Origin: an uncultured virus (IMG/VR IMGVR_UViG_3300028833_000062) | Lineage: Duplodnaviria > Heunggongvirae > Uroviricota > Caudoviricetes | Virus record (IMG/VR): IMGVR_UViG_3300028833_000062 | Strand: one strand, 5' to 3' | Length of the DNA: 64,000 bases | In this document: piece by piece, positions 60,900 to 64,000 of the stretch | How positions within the stretch are numbered: position 1 is the stretch's first letter | Layout of the letters: every line of letters begins with the position of its first letter | The notes under the pieces: model-generated | What the model saw: only the letters and a program-made list of their open reading frames with translations | Told to the model about the DNA's origin: nothing | Databases searched by the model: none | Made by a program: the position numbers and the translations under genes

Positions 60900-61331
60900 A
60901 TGGGTGAAAATATAAATAAACCAGTTCCTAAAGTAGGAAAAGAATATCATTTCTTTGATGATGGTAAAATAAGACGTTCAAGACATTATATTGCTACTAT
61001 TAAAAGAATTATTACTAAAGAAGAAGCAAAATCAATTATATTTAAACTTACAGAATATTTTAATGATGATGATTACTATGATTATAAATCATCATTATAT
61101 GATATTTGGCAATCAGAAATAGAAAGATATGATTGGATTATCGCTAAAGATACTGATTATATAGTAGAAGCATCTATTCCTGAGTATGATGATAATTTAA
61201 TTTATTTTGTAAGAACAAAGAATGGTGGATGGTTTAGTATGAATATACAAAGCGATTGGCAAGGAGGAAGACTTGATATTGATGGAAAATTATATGAATC
61301 ACTTTTAGAATATGAAAACTTATACATGTAA
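60900..61331 (+). CDS. hypothetical protein
   Basis: 143 aa ORF. Confidence 0.7.
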   Translation: MGENINKPVPKVGKEYHFFDDGKIRRSRHYIATIKRIITKEEAKSIIFKLTEYFNDDDYYDYKSSLYDIWQSEIERYDWIIAKDTDYIVEASIPEYDDNLIYFVRTKNGGWFSMNIQSDWQGGRLDIDGKLYESLLEYENLYM

Positions 61332-61677
61332 TGGATTATATTATGAAGGAATAGTATATGTTCTTGAATCATTAGAAGATTGGGATGAATATGAAAAGAT
61401 TTGTAAAGAAAAAGATCCTAATTTTCCAAAATGGAATCCTAATTTTTATCATATAAAAGAAGAATTTAAAGAATATATTAATTGTATTTGGGAAGATAAA
61501 GAAAATCTACGATATACATATAATGGTAAGTCAGTTTATAAAGAATATATTGTAACAGGTATTGAAGATAATGGACCAATGATGGATTGGTATTGGATTG
61601 TTGAAAATGAAGATGATCCAAAGGATATAAAGCATATTCTTGTTAATTCTCATGATTTGAAAAATGGTTTAAGATAA
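61312..61677 (+). CDS. hypothetical protein
   Basis: 121 aa ORF. Confidence 0.7.
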   Translation: MKTYTCNGLYYEGIVYVLESLEDWDEYEKICKEKDPNFPKWNPNFYHIKEEFKEYINCIWEDKENLRYTYNGKSVYKEYIVTGIEDNGPMMDWYWIVENEDDPKDIKHILVNSHDLKNGLR

Positions 61678-61777
61678 GATTATTAAATTTTTTATAATGC
61701 AGTTTCTATATTATATTATAGAAGCTGCATATTTCTTATGTAGTTAATAACAAAAATTCTAAAAAAACAAATAACGT

Positions 61778-62272
61778 ATGAATATTTTAACAAAAGAAAC
61801 TGTTAAGACCTATTCTTATACTACTGCCAATGGTAATAGAGAAGGTTCAATGCTTGTTAGAATTAATGGCCGTGACTACGTCAAGTTTGGCACATTCCAA
61901 GCTGTCACGTTAGTTGGAAACTTGTGCGAAGTCTACGATGCTGATGTTAAACGTTCTAAAACTGTGCTCTTTGTTGGTGTATCAAGGCAGCACCCACGTG
62001 ACATAAAGATTGATAAGGAACTCGCTTATGAGACTGCTCATCTTAATGCACTATTTAATCCTCAGATGGTTATTGAAGTAGGAGAATGCTTCACTCAATA
62101 TAACTTCAGAGAGTTTGCAAAAAATTATATTGATACTCTTAAACTTCAGTTTGTAAAGACAACTCAAGAAATTGATGAAGATGATTTTTTATCAAGTATT
62201 GAAGATATTGAGTTTGAAGAAATTGAAGATGATGAACCAGATATTGAGGAGACAAAAATATCTGAAAAGTAA
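61778..62272 (+). CDS. hypothetical protein with acidic tail
   Basis: 164 aa after CTATATT at 61706. Confidence 0.75.
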   Translation: MNILTKETVKTYSYTTANGNREGSMLVRINGRDYVKFGTFQAVTLVGNLCEVYDADVKRSKTVLFVGVSRQHPRDIKIDKELAYETAHLNALFNPQMVIEVGECFTQYNFREFAKNYIDTLKLQFVKTTQEIDEDDFLSSIEDIEFEEIEDDEPDIEETKISEK

Positions 62273-62274
62273 TA

Positions 62275-62874
62275 ATGGGTGATGATTTAATTCAAAAATT
62301 TGGATATTCTGAAATGTATGAGTGGAATGAACTTCCACCAAATGATTCTAAATTAGGTAGATTTGTTACATTTTCATCAGATGATCCTTCTAAGATTGTA
62401 AAAATAAATAAATCTAATCAGCCTGTTCTTGGAGTCACTACTGTTAATTCAGTAGTAGATTCTGATAATCCAGAAGAATGGAAATATAAAAATCTTTGTA
62501 ATGAATATGGTGATTTATATCTTAGAAAAGAAAAGCTTGCTGTTGGTGAAAAGGTATATGATCAACTTAATGAAATAAACTATATTCGTACTCGTCCTTG
62601 GGAACATTTTATCACAATAGATAATAAATATTATGATAAGAATAAAAAGTATGTCAAGAGAACAAATAGAGGAGAATGGATTAGAGTTACTTTGATGGGT
62701 AAGACAATAGTTTATGATAATGGTAAATGCACTCCAGGTGAATGGTGTACTCCATATACTGGTAAATTCAAAGAGGATTTTGGTATAGCTGTTCCAGCAA
62801 CTGAAAAATCAAAAAATAAATATTATGTCCTTGAACGACTTAGTGATAAGACAATATTAATTTTTTATAAATAA
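62275..62874 (+). CDS. stand-alone Peptidase_G2 / intramolecular-chaperone-like domain protein
   Basis: YSEMYEW..GRFVT..LGV..W..K.L.NEYG..Y..R..R.EW..V.LMGK..V.D.G. Confidence 0.7.
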   Translation: MGDDLIQKFGYSEMYEWNELPPNDSKLGRFVTFSSDDPSKIVKINKSNQPVLGVTTVNSVVDSDNPEEWKYKNLCNEYGDLYLRKEKLAVGEKVYDQLNEINYIRTRPWEHFITIDNKYYDKNKKYVKRTNRGEWIRVTLMGKTIVYDNGKCTPGEWCTPYTGKFKEDFGIAVPATEKSKNKYYVLERLSDKTILIFYK

Positions 62875-62889
62875 ATTATAGTTTGAAGT

Positions 62890-63876
62890 ATGGCAAAGGT
62901 AGAAGAAAATAAAAAATTAGACGTTATCTCAGTCATTACAACATTCTATAATGCTGAGAAATTTATATTCAATACTCTTAATTCTATTAATCAGCAAATT
63001 ATTGACGGATTTGATTTTGAGTATGTAATTGTTGATGATAAATCACCAGATTCTTCAAGAAAAATAGTTGAATCATTTATTGAAAATAATGTTCCAGAAG
63101 ACAAGAAAAGTAAATGGAAACTTTATACTCCAGAAGAAAATCTTGGTTGTGGTGGAGCAAGAAAATTTGGTATTGATCATGCAATTGGAGATTTCTTTAT
63201 GTTCCTTGATGCTGATGATTATTATATGCATACAAACTTTATGTTGAATGCTTATAATACAATTATTTCAGAAAATGCAGATATTGTTGAATATGGTGTA
63301 ATATTTAATCAACCAAATGGACAACAAATAAATAATACTGCTCCACAAAAGTATATTATTGAAAATAATCCAAGTGTTGCTGAAATTGCATTATTCAAAG
63401 ATAATCTTATTAAATTCAATGTATGGAGTAAAATCTATAGAAGATGGGTTGTTGAAAGTTATCCTTATTCAGAAGTACGTACATATGAAGATGTAAGAAC
63501 TATTCCTGTATGGGTTTCAAATGCTCATAAAATAGTTATAATGCCTACTGCTGAGATTAATTATCGTGCTGCTAGTGGAAGTATTATTAGAAGTGATATG
63601 ATTCAAACTCGTCTTGGAACTATTACTGCTATTACAGAATTATTCCCAAGATTCAAAGATGATTATAATGTTCTTAAAGCTATGTATGGTAGAGCTATGG
63701 TTGATTTAGAGGCATTACTTCATAATCATTCTTCTAATGATCCAGGATTTAATGAAATGAGTAGATTAAATACAATAATGCTTTCTTATCTTTATCCAGA
63801 TAATTATAAAGAAATTACTTATAATATTGATTTAGAAGAAAATAAAAATATTGAAGAAAATAATGAATCTAAATAG
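62890..63876 (+). CDS. glycosyltransferase family 2
   Basis: ISVITTFYNAEKFI, IVDDKSPD, N.G.G.AR..G, FLDADD, VWSKIYR, YED. Confidence 0.92.
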   Translation: MAKVEENKKLDVISVITTFYNAEKFIFNTLNSINQQIIDGFDFEYVIVDDKSPDSSRKIVESFIENNVPEDKKSKWKLYTPEENLGCGGARKFGIDHAIGDFFMFLDADDYYMHTNFMLNAYNTIISENADIVEYGVIFNQPNGQQINNTAPQKYIIENNPSVAEIALFKDNLIKFNVWSKIYRRWVVESYPYSEVRTYEDVRTIPVWVSNAHKIVIMPTAEINYRAASGSIIRSDMIQTRLGTITAITELFPRFKDDYNVLKAMYGRAMVDLEALLHNHSSNDPGFNEMSRLNTIMLSYLYPDNYKEITYNIDLEENKNIEENNESK

Positions 63877-64000
63877 TGCTCTTTTAAAATATCATATTAT
63901 TAATTCATTAATTTTTGTTGATGGTAATTATTCAGTTAGTAGAGAATTGAAAGTTAAACTTATAAGGTATAAGTTCAATTTTAAGAAATTTTTTGATGAA
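63863..64000 (+). CDS. hypothetical protein, partial (runs off the window)
   Basis: ATG 63863, open to the end of the window. Confidence 0.5.
   Translation, partial: MNLNSALLKYHIINSLIFVDGNYSVSRELKVKLIRYKFNFKKFFDE

Noticed and set aside
1..64000. Stop-codon reassignment (TAG to Gln as in Lak phages, or TGA to Trp)
   Set aside because: ORFs of 1100-1900 aa are uninterrupted in the standard code and coding density is high. The few TAG ends (2638, 10811, 54206, 63876) fall at plausible gene boundaries; the in-frame continuation of 54206 into NUDIX has about a one-in-three chance

Overview
Very AT-rich, gene-dense segment of a large (jumbo/mega) T4-like myophage genome, translated with the standard bacterial code. 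The host is probably a gut or rumen Bacteroidota: the CCA enzyme, DnaQ, YqeY and DUF4494-like proteins look Bacteroidota-type, and starts lack Shine-Dalgarno sequences. Recognisable genes are T4-type portal (gp20, partial), tail terminator (gp15), baseplate gp53-like and hub-like genes, head completion nuclease (gp4) and DNA end protector (gp2). Also present are four paralogous fibre-repeat proteins, the N-terminal half of a split family-B DNA polymerase, TelA, an S1-domain protein, a CCA enzyme, NUDIX and two glycosyltransferases. The most interesting unannotated signals are: (1) a ~500-nt, extensively base-paired non-coding element at 3592-4135, a candidate large ornate ncRNA; (2) eight or nine otherwise unrelated proteins sharing a 10-residue N-terminal tag resembling the T4 capsid-targeting sequence, i.e. 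candidate injected cargo; (3) a two-class promoter code, TGAA..CTATATT versus TATTTTTA; (4) an ArfA/BrfA-like ribosome-rescue candidate; (5) degenerate head-protein relics; (6) a small four-helix RNA behind an AEP-like gene. All family calls come from remembered motifs; no searches or folding programs were run.
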